Source of the DNA: a virus
IMG/VR virus record: IMGVR_UViG_3300005263_000012
Coordinates: 25,431 to 89,430 of that record
Reading direction: 5' to 3' (one strand)
Length of the DNA stretch: 64,000 bases
The notes under the pieces are model-generated. The model was given only the letters and a program-made list of their open reading frames with translations. It did no database searches and was not told the DNA's origin. The translations under genes and the position numbers were made by a program. Positions within the stretch are counted from its first letter, which is position 1; every line of letters begins with the position of its first letter. This document shows positions 46,989 through 56,045 of the stretch, piece after piece.

Positions 46989-47330
46989 TTACGCTATGAT
47001 ATACTCAGTTTTCCTCGCAATTTCAATATGAGGGATATACCCGCACGATTCGCAGAACACCCTACTCAATATGAAAAGGTAGTTCTCATCGAGCTTTTGA
47101 TATTCAGAGAAATCGTCAATATGACTCTGACAATTCTCACTAAGTTCAGCGATAAAAACCGGCCAAATCTCCCCTAAATCTTCTCTGCGGTGAACATCTT
47201 CCAATACGTCATCGTGCCAACGGCGAACTTCATTTACCTGTTCAATAGGGCCTATGTAATTCACCCCAGCTTCTTCACACAGGAAGACTCTGACTTGATT
47301 AGGGGACTTTGCTACAAACTGAACTCTCAT
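46989..47330 (-). CDS. Hypothetical protein with C-terminal CxxC
   Basis: ATG directly after the upstream stop; FCESCG. Confidence 0.6.
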   Translation of the reverse strand: MRVQFVAKSPNQVRVFLCEEAGVNYIGPIEQVNEVRRWHDDVLEDVHRREDLGEIWPVFIAELSENCQSHIDDFSEYQKLDENYLFILSRVFCESCGYIPHIEIARKTEYIIA

Positions 47331-47486
47331 TTAACCGCGTCCTAACTTTTTATCTACCGTTTCTCTAGCTTCCCTCATACACATCCGTACAAGTTCACTA
47401 AGGGACATTACCTGTTTTTTGTCTTTGACATCATCGGCCCAATCTTGCAGGGCATCATCCAAAACTATGTTATTTCGTCCCATCAT
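47331..47486 (-). CDS. RHH regulator heading the leftward (early) arm (51 aa, MMGRNNIVLDDALQDW...SLSELVRMCMRE)
   Basis: Translated by hand; RHH pattern. Confidence 0.65.
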   Translation of the reverse strand: MMGRNNIVLDDALQDWADDVKDKKQVMSLSELVRMCMREARETVDKKLGRG

Positions 47487-47673
47487 ATCACTATGAAATT
47501 TATAGGTTATAAACGTATTCGTTCACCGAATGAACTTATGCGTTCATTCTATATATACATTTCTTATTTAATGCCCGTATACGTGCATAATCATGTATTA
47601 TTATGCGATTGGCGTGAGAATAAGTGTGCCAATGTATATATTTGAAAAAAGTGTAGTAGCTCTAGGTGATGTT
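47487..47673. promoter_or_regulatory. Divergent promoter/operator region (genetic switch)
   Basis: GTTCA/TGAAC half-sites at 47521, 47531 and 47542; TATA-like tracts; divergent RHH genes. Confidence 0.55.
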
Positions 47674-47964
47674 ATGGCAACGATGAACAAGGAACGACTC
47701 AATTTGGCTCTAAGTTCCGAAGCAAAACAGCGAGCCGTAGAACTCGGTGCTACGCGGGAGTTCGGCAGCGCATCAAACTTTGTGGAGTCGGCTATCTGGT
47801 ATTACTTAGGGGCGCGTGAGAAAAACAATGAATTGGCATATGAGAGATGTCGAAAGGAACTTGAAAAAGTAAAAGAAGCACATGAGCGTGACCGTAACAC
47901 TCTACTTATAATATTATCTCATCATCAGGAATTACTCGATGAAGTTAACAATACAGAAGGATAA
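47674..47964 (+). CDS. RHH regulator with coiled coil heading the rightward arm
   Basis: GGTGA RBS; KERLNLALSSEAK...SASNFVESAIWYYL. Confidence 0.65.
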   Translation: MATMNKERLNLALSSEAKQRAVELGATREFGSASNFVESAIWYYLGAREKNNELAYERCRKELEKVKEAHERDRNTLLIILSHHQELLDEVNNTEG

Positions 47965-48068
47965 ACCGTTTTATACACATTCAGACTCTCTTATAATAAT
48001 TATATTATTATACTGAAATTAATCAAAACAGTTATATACTTTTTTGATAGATATATGCAATGGTCGCG

Positions 48069-48206
48069 ATGGGTGTAAAACAATATGCAACCTGTACATG
48101 CCCCCACTGCAATAAAACATTTGTAGCCGAGGTATCCTTTGGGAGTATTGAATTGAAAACACAAGCACAGGATCAGACGAAAGAACCTGTGAAACTTACT
48201 GTATAA
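48069..48206 (+). CDS. Small Zn-ribbon peptide (45 aa, MGVKQYATCTCPHCNKTF...)
   Basis: Translated by hand. Confidence 0.4.
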   Translation: MGVKQYATCTCPHCNKTFVAEVSFGSIELKTQAQDQTKEPVKLTV

Positions 48207-48466
48207 TACAGAGTTGCCCGCCGAGAAGGGCTTCGATGTTGGGAGACAATCTAGGCTTCTCGAACGAGCAAGAAAAATAGACTTCAAATATATATAAGTT
48301 TATTTATTTATTTTTGATTTTTCAGCCGGAATCCTTTTTATTTATTTTCTGTGACTTCTTATTCTCCCATATGTATTTTGTTTTTAATATCGTTTGTTTA
48401 GTACACAACTTTATATATATGATAACAACAGAACATATATATAGTCTGGTGTTTGTATTATGATAT

Positions 48467-48616
48467 ATGCCAGGGGAATATACTCAACTGGATAAAGATG
48501 AATGGACAGAAATCCCTAAACGTCATGTACATAAGTCTGGGAATGTGTATGCTGGGATAGTATATACGGAAGGTTATGACGTTAGGGTTTTTGTAAGGAA
48601 AATTAAAAAGGAGTAA
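48467..48616 (+). CDS. DUF2080-like small protein (49 aa, MPGEYTQLDK...KSGNVYAG...DVRVFVRK)
   Basis: Translated by hand; follows a TATA box. Confidence 0.45.
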   Translation: MPGEYTQLDKDEWTEIPKRHVHKSGNVYAGIVYTEGYDVRVFVRKIKKE

Positions 48617-48622
48617 TCAAAC

Positions 48623-49045
48623 ATGAAAAAATCATATCTAATAATAGGAATCATTCTCCTGATCTTCCTAGCTATAGGTTGCTCAGGAAACAACAGCGGA
48701 TCAGATAACACACAAACAGCAACACAAGAACAAACAACAACGGCAAAAGCTCCTGAAGTAAAAGCAGAACCAGTGGTTATCGCCACATTCAACGGCTCAT
48801 CAACAAAAGATACTGAAACATTCCATGTTCCTTCAGACGAATGGAAAATCTCATGGGATACAAAAGCTGGACAATTCGAAGGAAACTTCATATTCACAAT
48901 TCAGAACGCGGATGGCTCCTTCAAAGCGGCTGGTGCAAATGTGATAGGTTCCAACAGTGAAAGTACAATTGTGAGGGGTGACGGAGATTATTATCTGAGT
49001 ATTACTGCGACGCAGCCTTATAGTATTACAGTTGAGACTATTTAA
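48623..49045 (+). CDS. Lipoprotein with Thr-rich linker and beta-sandwich domain
   Basis: Signal peptide with lipobox LAIG-C; TQTATQEQTTT linker. Confidence 0.75.
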   Translation: MKKSYLIIGIILLIFLAIGCSGNNSGSDNTQTATQEQTTTAKAPEVKAEPVVIATFNGSSTKDTETFHVPSDEWKISWDTKAGQFEGNFIFTIQNADGSFKAAGANVIGSNSESTIVRGDGDYYLSITATQPYSITVETI

Positions 49046-49079
49046 TTATCTTTTTTTTCTTTTTTTTAGAGGTGTAAAC

Positions 49080-49226
49080 ATGATGGATCTAATAGATTTG
49101 TGGCTCATTGGTGCGGATTACTATCAAATTGGGTTTGATGAGGAGTCAAGAATATACAACGATTTTGCGGATGGAATCATTGATCTGAGTAAGGAGCATA
49201 TCAAGTGGAGACCTGCGTTCTGGTAA
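49080..49226 (+). CDS. Acidic microprotein, copy 1 (48 aa)
   Basis: AGAGGTGTAAAC-ATG; QIGFDEESRIYNDF..GIIDL. Confidence 0.65.
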   Translation: MMDLIDLWLIGADYYQIGFDEESRIYNDFADGIIDLSKEHIKWRPAFW

Positions 49227-49263
49227 CTAACTTTCAAAAATGTGAAGTTTCAGAGGTGTAAAC

Positions 49264-49407
49264 ATGGATCTACTTGTTTTATGGACAACAGCATCTATAT
49301 ATTCTCAAATAGGATTTGATGAAGAATCTAGAATCTATAATGATTTTTATGAGGGTATTATCGATTTAATTAAGGATGGGATTGAACCCGTTCTGTGGAA
49401 ATTATAA
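49264..49407 (+). CDS. Acidic microprotein, copy 2 (47 aa)
   Basis: Translated by hand; same RBS context; QIGFDEESRIYNDFYEGIIDL. Confidence 0.65.
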   Translation: MDLLVLWTTASIYSQIGFDEESRIYNDFYEGIIDLIKDGIEPVLWKL

Positions 49408-49462
49408 ACATTACTATTTTTTCATTACTTGTATATTATACAAAAGTATATATTTTAAAAAG

Positions 49463-49513
49463 CGAATATTTCACTATAAATATTCGAATTGTGTTCGAAT
49501 GAGTGAATATTCA
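49463..49513. promoter_or_regulatory. Palindrome cluster upstream of terS (late operator or pac candidate)
   Basis: CGAATATTT-6-AAATATTCG (49463-49486); ATTCGAAT; TGAATATTCA (49504-49513). Confidence 0.45.
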
Positions 49514-49980
49514 TGGCTATTAACAAAATAGTGAAATATGACCTAGAAGTAAGAGCGGTACAACTCAGGGAGCAAGGCAACACCTTTGAGAAGATTGCCG
49601 AGCTACTTACTACCGAATCGAATAATAATATATCATATTCGAATGTTTATCGTTTTTTCGAATCTTATGAGCGTTCAAAGGCTATCATTATCGAAAAGCA
49701 AGAACCTCTAAAAGTAAAGGCCATCGAGTTGGAAATATCCACTCTTGAAGATAGGAAGCGAATTATTACAGGGCTGTTAGATCTTGCTGAGAACGCGTTA
49801 GAAGAACGCAATCGCGTGTTAGCTTATAAAACAGCAGTGGAAGCAATAGATAGTCTTGATAGAAGGCAGGGAAAGCTTACAAACAATCCAAATGTTACGA
49901 TCAACAATGTAAATGCAATGAAACTATCTGAAGTTTCAACTGAATACCTAATGAGGATGGTTAATGTTACAAGTCGATAA
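49513..49980 (+). CDS. terS: Terminase small subunit
   Basis: N-terminal HTH (GNTFEKIAELL...SYSNVYRF), helical oligomerisation region; overlaps terL. Confidence 0.7.
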   Translation: MAINKIVKYDLEVRAVQLREQGNTFEKIAELLTTESNNNISYSNVYRFFESYERSKAIIIEKQEPLKVKAIELEISTLEDRKRIITGLLDLAENALEERNRVLAYKTAVEAIDSLDRRQGKLTNNPNVTINNVNAMKLSEVSTEYLMRMVNVTSR

Positions 49981-51487
49981 TCAATTCTCACGATATGAGA
50001 TTCTTCAGGAGTTACTTAGGCGAAAGAAGGCCACGGAATCATTAATAGAGTTTACCAAGTTTACTAAACCAGATTATCAGGTTAACTGGCATCATGAATT
50101 AATATGTAATGAAATTGATAACCTTCTAAACCGTGAATACGAATTATTAATCGTTTCTACCCCTCCTCGATTTGGTAAAAGTGAAATAGTATCAAGGAGA
50201 CTACCAGCTTATAAACTTGGTAAAGACTCAGATTCAAGTATAATTGCTTGTTCATACAGTGCAGACCTCTCTAGTCGAATGAATAGGGATGTTCAACGTG
50301 TGGTTGATGACTATACATATTCGCTTATTTTCCCTGAAACGAGGTTAAATTCCTCAAACGTTAGGACTACGGCCCAGGGAACTTATTTACGAAACTCTGA
50401 TATTTTTGAGATCGTTAATCATAAAGGCGTTTATCGCTCTTGTGGCGTGGGGGGTGGAATCACCGGGATGGGATTTTCAGGGATAGGAATTATAGATGAC
50501 CCGACTAAAAATCGTGAAGATGCGGAAAGTATAACAATGCGTGACAAAACATATGAATGGTACACCGATGTATTTTTAACTAGGAGAGAAGATAATGCCC
50601 CTATCCTGCTTACAGCTACACGATGGCACGAAGATGATCTAATTGGACGTATTATAGACAAGTCTGAGCATGAATTAGGGACGGATAAATGTAAAATAAT
50701 AACCCTTCCTGCGATATCCGAGGAAGATATCCCTGAATATGACCGGAGAACTGCTCCAGGTGAATCATTGTGGGTTAAAAAATTTCCTGAATCCATACTC
50801 AACAAGATCAAAGCTACGGTTCCAGTCTATACATGGTTATCTCTTTACCAACAGCGTCCATCAGCAGCATCAGGAAACCTAGTCAAAAAGGAACAGTTCA
50901 AATATTGTCACCTAATTGGTGACCTCCTCGATATGGGTGATAAACAAGCAACATTTTCACAATGCAAAATCTTTCAAACATGTGATCCAGCAGCCTCCAC
51001 AAAAACAAGTGCAGACTATTTTGCCTTAGCTACGTGGGCCCAAACTCCCCAGAATGACCTTGCCCTTATTGACCTGATACATACTAGATTGGAAACACCT
51101 GATCAAGTTGACTTATTTAAACAGCAGTATATCAGATGGAAACCTGTAACTCAATATGTAGCTACAAAAGGACTTGGTATAAGTCTCTATCAAACACTCA
51201 AACAGGAAGGCTTGCCAGTCGATAAAATAGAAGAAGATGTGGATAAGGTTACCCGCTTTATTCCAGCAGCCACCCGTATCGCTGCCGGAACTGTTTATTT
51301 CCTCGCAGATAGCGTTGACAAAACAAATTCTTGGCTCCATGACTACGAAACCGAGTTATTAGGTTTCCCTAACGCAGCACATGATGATATGGTTGATGTT
51401 ACTTCGCTAGCTGTTTCCGTGGTAATTAACAAACCATTCAAGAAAAAAGGATTCGATGTGTCCAAAATGTTCCCACTAAAAAAATAA
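49964..51487 (+). CDS. terL: Terminase large subunit
   Basis: PPRFGKS Walker A; IIDDP Walker B; TRWHEDDL; RNase H domain CDPA...HDDMVD. Confidence 0.95.
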   Translation: MLQVDNQFSRYEILQELLRRKKATESLIEFTKFTKPDYQVNWHHELICNEIDNLLNREYELLIVSTPPRFGKSEIVSRRLPAYKLGKDSDSSIIACSYSADLSSRMNRDVQRVVDDYTYSLIFPETRLNSSNVRTTAQGTYLRNSDIFEIVNHKGVYRSCGVGGGITGMGFSGIGIIDDPTKNREDAESITMRDKTYEWYTDVFLTRREDNAPILLTATRWHEDDLIGRIIDKSEHELGTDKCKIITLPAISEEDIPEYDRRTAPGESLWVKKFPESILNKIKATVPVYTWLSLYQQRPSAASGNLVKKEQFKYCHLIGDLLDMGDKQATFSQCKIFQTCDPAASTKTSADYFALATWAQTPQNDLALIDLIHTRLETPDQVDLFKQQYIRWKPVTQYVATKGLGISLYQTLKQEGLPVDKIEEDVDKVTRFIPAATRIAAGTVYFLADSVDKTNSWLHDYETELLGFPNAAHDDMVDVTSLAVSVVINKPFKKKGFDVSKMFPLKK

Positions 51488-51550
51488 ACGTACAATTATT
51501 AAGTTACACATATACAAAAGTTTTTATTTTACTTTGATATATAATATAGT

Positions 51551-52828
51551 ATGATCGCACTTAATGCCGCCTCCGATAAAAAAACCACGTTTCAGCTCGC
51601 GGCAGCTATTGAATCCCTGGAATCTACAGATACATCCCCGAGAGTCGGGCAATTTCTTAATTTTGACACTACAAATCCTGCAACATATAGAGAACAGCTA
51701 GCAACGTGTAACACTTACGTTTCCACTTCCATTAACAAGTATGCCCGAACACTCACAAAAGGAATGAGATATGAGGGTTCTACAAAAGCAAAGAAAGCTG
51801 TGGAACTCGCCGCTAAGAAAAACAATTTGAAAGGGCAGATACAGACGGCAGCCCGTTGTTTTGTCACACATGGCGATTATATAGCAACTGCAATAGGTAA
51901 GGGGGATACTTTTCAGGCGGTTCCATTGTTAAGAGCAGCTACAACCATATTACCGGATGGTATTGAGCCAGGTAGCACACCATCGATAATTTTAGAGCCG
52001 CCAATCGGGACATTCTGCGTGAACGAGGGGAGTAAACAGTCGGAGGTCAAACAGGTCACGCTTAAGCCTTCTGAGGTTATTTATTGTGCATTAAATCCTT
52101 ATGATTCAGTGCAGGAAGACATTTTGAAACGTAAGACGAGGGGTCTATATGGACAATCTCCTTTAGATCCGTTAAAGCCCACTATCCGAGCTTTGCTTGA
52201 TGTGAATGAGGGACAACGCATTTTTTATAAGAAGTATGGAAATGGTAGATATCTATATGATCTCATGGCTTTAGGCGAAGCCGTAAAAGCAGGAACCATT
52301 ACAGCGGATGATGCGCAAACACAATTGACTTTGTTTATGGAGAAGTTTAAGAATCTGTCAGCAAATGAAGATCTAGTTTTTTACGGGTTGGATGTAAAAC
52401 CAATAGACGCTAACGGCACGTTAGATGTGATGGCGTTCAAGACTGCACTTGAAACTGAAATCATGGTTGGCTTGTATCAGTCACCTCTAACAATGGGCGC
52501 ATCTTTCCAGACTACTTATGCTTCAAGTTACATGGTAGAAGAAGATAGAATGATGGTTCTTGAGGGTGATCAGTCCATATTAGAAGCTACTGCAAATCAA
52601 ATTCTTAATAAGATGCTTTTGACAATGGGCTATAAAGAAGACTCCGTGACAATCAAGTTTGATGAATTGAGCAAGCAGAAATTCACCTCTCAAGAGATCC
52701 TAGAATGGAGAAATTCGGGACTTCTCGATGACAACACGGCTTTGTTATGGGGCGGTTTTCCACAAAAAGAAGTAAACAATGACGTACCTTTAATTCCAAC
52801 TGGTGTAGAAAAACCGGTATCTCAATAA
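51551..52828 (+). CDS. Portal protein
   Basis: Directly after terL; 425 aa; GLYGQSPL motif. Confidence 0.8.
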   Translation: MIALNAASDKKTTFQLAAAIESLESTDTSPRVGQFLNFDTTNPATYREQLATCNTYVSTSINKYARTLTKGMRYEGSTKAKKAVELAAKKNNLKGQIQTAARCFVTHGDYIATAIGKGDTFQAVPLLRAATTILPDGIEPGSTPSIILEPPIGTFCVNEGSKQSEVKQVTLKPSEVIYCALNPYDSVQEDILKRKTRGLYGQSPLDPLKPTIRALLDVNEGQRIFYKKYGNGRYLYDLMALGEAVKAGTITADDAQTQLTLFMEKFKNLSANEDLVFYGLDVKPIDANGTLDVMAFKTALETEIMVGLYQSPLTMGASFQTTYASSYMVEEDRMMVLEGDQSILEATANQILNKMLLTMGYKEDSVTIKFDELSKQKFTSQEILEWRNSGLLDDNTALLWGGFPQKEVNNDVPLIPTGVEKPVSQ

Positions 52829-52838
52829 TCCTTAACTG

Positions 52839-54596
52839 GTGGTTATACTGAGATCTTCAACCCTTCTTGATTCTCCTGGAATCTACAAAATTGAATTTAA
52901 TTTAATCTCACTCATAGATCGAACTTTCAAAAAAGGAGTTTCCAGGAAATCAGGCCCACAACTCAAAACGTCAATAAAACAGCAGTTTTCTTCAAACACA
53001 TTCAAAATCCAGCTTGATAAAATAATAGATGATTTATATTTATACACTATCGATTTTACCGACAAACTTATTAAAACTGTTTTAAAAGCTGACTTCACCG
53101 AAAGCCATATAAGCTATTTTTTACATGCAGCTAGTACAAACACTAAGGGAACATATTTAGAGCTCACTGAGGAGGCTGTTAAAGAGAGTACGTCGCTTGC
53201 TTCAGAAATTACAGACTCAATTATTCGCGTTTTGAAAGATGAAGCAATTTATCAAGAAAGTAATGAGAAACTTGCAGCAAGAGTACTTGACTTATGGGGT
53301 GGTGAAAAATATAGGGCTGAACGTTGGGCACGTACATTTTCAGCCGATGTTGCAACGAACACTACTCTATATAGATATCAAACATCAGGCATTGAAGAGT
53401 ATCAATTTTATGCTACGCTAGATAAGAAAACGTCTCAACAATGTAGGGTTCTCCACGGAACCGTATTTAAAACAAATTCACCAGAAGCTCAACAGTATAG
53501 GTGTCCTCTACATTTCAGGTGTAGGAGCACCCTTCTTCCTGTAAGTATCACTACAAAAATACCCAATTCCCTTCGATATGAAAATAGAGATTTCAATCAG
53601 CCGGTTTCTCAGAATTTCAAACCTCTGGAAGATAAGTTAGATAAGGATCTCGTGAAAAAAACCTTAAAAAGCATTGATGTCTTTAGGGAGAAATACGCAA
53701 TTCCCAAATATATTCTGAATGCCGACACAGAGAAACGACTTTTAAAATTAAGCGTTGGAGGAAATGTCCAGCCTCCTTCCACGAAAAAAACAATTACACG
53801 AGCAACGAAGAAAAAATCAACACTTCCAGAATCTAAACAACAAAAAGTTAAAATAGTTCAGCAGACACAGAATGTGGAGTTTAAACCATTAAAAACAACC
53901 AAACGAGTAGAAGAATGGTTGAAACAGAATACTAAACTTAATTATGTTGATTTCACCGGTGTCAGTCCTGAAGTTGCAAACCGTATGACTGAAAGTCTCG
54001 CATATCATCTAAACTTAGTACCCAAAATGAAAGATAAAATTCAATATTTTGGTACTATAGAAAGACAGTTAGAGATGGATTACGAGCATAGATTAAAAGT
54101 GGCTATTAATAGTCTGGTTGATAGTGGTGTCGATAGGAATTTAGCTGAGAAATTCGCTAAAACGAAAGTTCAAAAAGCAGTATCTAGGGTATATGCACAT
54201 TCAATGAATGCAACTGCGACAAAAGGGAATTTCACAGGTGTTGGGGTCGGAACTAAATATGGTGGCGATCCTAAAAAGTTTAAAGCTGCACTATCAAAAG
54301 ATGTAGCTGCAAAATGGCATCCTATGAAATGCGACACTACAAAAGCATGTTTTGATCATGAATTTGGACATGTTATCGATGATATTTACGGAATATCATA
54401 CAATCCAAACATTAAAAAATTATATAATTCATTATCAGAAGAGAAAATGAAAAGTTCATTGAGTGGATACGCAAATACAAATATAAATGAATTTATAGCT
54501 GAAGCATGGTCCGAATATTTGAATAATCCAAAACCTAGGGCAGTTTCTAAGGAAGTTGGTGATTTGATCATGTCAAAAATTAAAGGGGATAAATAA
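52839..54596 (+). CDS. Head morphogenesis (SPP1 gp7/MuF) protein fused to a C-terminal zincin metalloprotease toxin-like domain
   Basis: RT...N...Y...G...YQF.ATLD.KTS..C..LHG...CPLHFRCRS (MuF); HEFGH...SGYA..N..EFIAE (zincin). Confidence 0.85.
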   Translation: MVILRSSTLLDSPGIYKIEFNLISLIDRTFKKGVSRKSGPQLKTSIKQQFSSNTFKIQLDKIIDDLYLYTIDFTDKLIKTVLKADFTESHISYFLHAASTNTKGTYLELTEEAVKESTSLASEITDSIIRVLKDEAIYQESNEKLAARVLDLWGGEKYRAERWARTFSADVATNTTLYRYQTSGIEEYQFYATLDKKTSQQCRVLHGTVFKTNSPEAQQYRCPLHFRCRSTLLPVSITTKIPNSLRYENRDFNQPVSQNFKPLEDKLDKDLVKKTLKSIDVFREKYAIPKYILNADTEKRLLKLSVGGNVQPPSTKKTITRATKKKSTLPESKQQKVKIVQQTQNVEFKPLKTTKRVEEWLKQNTKLNYVDFTGVSPEVANRMTESLAYHLNLVPKMKDKIQYFGTIERQLEMDYEHRLKVAINSLVDSGVDRNLAEKFAKTKVQKAVSRVYAHSMNATATKGNFTGVGVGTKYGGDPKKFKAALSKDVAAKWHPMKCDTTKACFDHEFGHVIDDIYGISYNPNIKKLYNSLSEEKMKSSLSGYANTNINEFIAEAWSEYLNNPKPRAVSKEVGDLIMSKIKGDK

Positions 54597-54760
54597 TGAT
54601 TGGAGAAAGACCCGTTTGTATAGACTGTAAAAACTTATTATCTATTCGAGGGGCTAAATGCAAAGCATTTCTAGATGGAATACCAGAAGATATTTGGATT
54701 GGGGGAAATAATCACAAGAAACCTTATCCAGGGGATAATGGAATACAATTTGAATCATAA
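54596..54760 (+). CDS. Small Cys-rich partner of the MuF metalloprotease (54 aa)
   Basis: Translated by hand: CIDC...CKAFLDGIPEDI..G...H..PYPGDNGIQFE; TAATG-coupled. Confidence 0.65.
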   Translation: MIGERPVCIDCKNLLSIRGAKCKAFLDGIPEDIWIGGNNHKKPYPGDNGIQFES

Positions 54761-54772
54761 AGGAGTAATACA

Positions 54773-55000
54773 ATGCAATTTGAAGACGCACTTAAAGCAA
54801 TTAAGGACGGAAAACGAGTAACAAATTTAAACTGGAATGAAAAAAGCATGTATTTAATCATGTCGTATTTATGGAAACACGAAACCGAAAACATAAAAAC
54901 TCCGTTTATAAAAATGGAACTACCAGACGGAAGTATATTTCCCTGGAATCCATCACAGTTAGATCTATCCTCTGATAAATGGGAAGTTTTAGAGGGGTAA
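54773..55000 (+). CDS. DUF2829 (Tad2-like) protein
   Basis: MQFEDALKAIKDGKRV...WN...PW.PSQ.DL.S..WE. Confidence 0.75.
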   Translation: MQFEDALKAIKDGKRVTNLNWNEKSMYLIMSYLWKHETENIKTPFIKMELPDGSIFPWNPSQLDLSSDKWEVLEG

Positions 55001-55002
55001 AC

Positions 55003-55260
55003 ATGGCAGAACAAGAACCTCTCAATCTTAACCTTAAAGAAGGTACACTTTCAGAATCATTAGGCATCAAACCAGAAGACGATATTCCAATATCCCTTCT
55101 AAACGCAATAATCACGGCAAAAATACCAGAAGGAAAAGAAAGTGTAGCAATAATGAATCCTGCACTGATTGGGAATAACGTGATAGATGTTACCGCATTG
55201 ATGAAGAAACGAGCAAATTTCGCACGGACGGCTAAGCAAAAATGGGGGATGGGAAACTAA
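55003..55260 (+). CDS. Hypothetical virion-associated protein
   Basis: GAGGGG RBS; LGIK..DDIP...KRANFA.T pattern. Confidence 0.55.
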   Translation: MAEQEPLNLNLKEGTLSESLGIKPEDDIPISLLNAIITAKIPEGKESVAIMNPALIGNNVIDVTALMKKRANFARTAKQKWGMGN

Positions 55261-55463
55261 TGAGTAAATATCAAATTGGTCAAAAGTTTGTATCTCAAGG
55301 GAAAACATTCAAAATTGAAGAATATAAACAGTGTAAGAAAACTGAAACGTTTATTTATGTTGCCACCACTACGGATACAAATTATATATGGAGAGGCAGC
55401 GAAGAAGAATTAGATAATATATCTAAAAATTGGATTGTTTCTATTGGGGGGAATAAAAAATAA
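55260..55463 (+). CDS. Hypothetical protein
   Basis: TAATG overlap. Confidence 0.45.
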   Translation: MSKYQIGQKFVSQGKTFKIEEYKQCKKTETFIYVATTTDTNYIWRGSEEELDNISKNWIVSIGGNKK

Positions 55464-55491
55464 TTAAGTCAATTTATAACATCATCTTTTA

Positions 55492-55716
55492 TTATTTTAC
55501 TTTCCTCTTTTGCAATTCATTAATTTGTTCCATAAATTTTTTCATTCTCATCATTGATTCGGCATCTTGTATTACTACCGTCTCAAGTGCTTCAATGGTT
55601 AAAGATACTTCATCGTAGGCTCCTGTAAAGTACTCTCCGTTTTCTCCTTCATCTATTTTTGCTTTTATATCGTCTCTATGTTTTTGGAGTATTGCAATTA
55701 TATCACGGTAGTTCAT
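55492..55716 (-). CDS. Hypothetical protein
   Basis: ORF track; antisense island. Confidence 0.5.
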   Translation of the reverse strand: MNYRDIIAILQKHRDDIKAKIDEGENGEYFTGAYDEVSLTIEALETVVIQDAESMMRMKKFMEQINELQKRKVK

Positions 55717-55757
55717 ATTTATTCATCTCCCATAAATTTTTTAAAAATTTTAATACG

Positions 55758-56045
55758 TTATTCCGGGTTGTGTCTGTATTTACATATTGTTTTCCATTCT
55801 CGGTCACATGACTCAGACCGGAGCATCTGTCGATTTTCAAGCATGTTTTTAACAGCCTCTGGATATAACACGCCAAAATCGGAAAACAGCTTAGGGTCAA
55901 AACCATACATTTCTTCAAATTCTTTATCTTGTTTTTCAAATTCCGCGATTACAGATTCCAATTTCTGTAATGCATCATTATAACGTGCGTTTTCTGGTTT
56001 TTGCTCAGTCATGTTTTCCCAATTCCTTAATTTTTTTAAATTCAT
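55758..56045 (-). CDS. Hypothetical protein
   Basis: ORF track. Confidence 0.45.
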   Translation of the reverse strand: MNLKKLRNWENMTEQKPENARYNDALQKLESVIAEFEKQDKEFEEMYGFDPKLFSDFGVLYPEAVKNMLENRQMLRSESCDREWKTICKYRHNPE

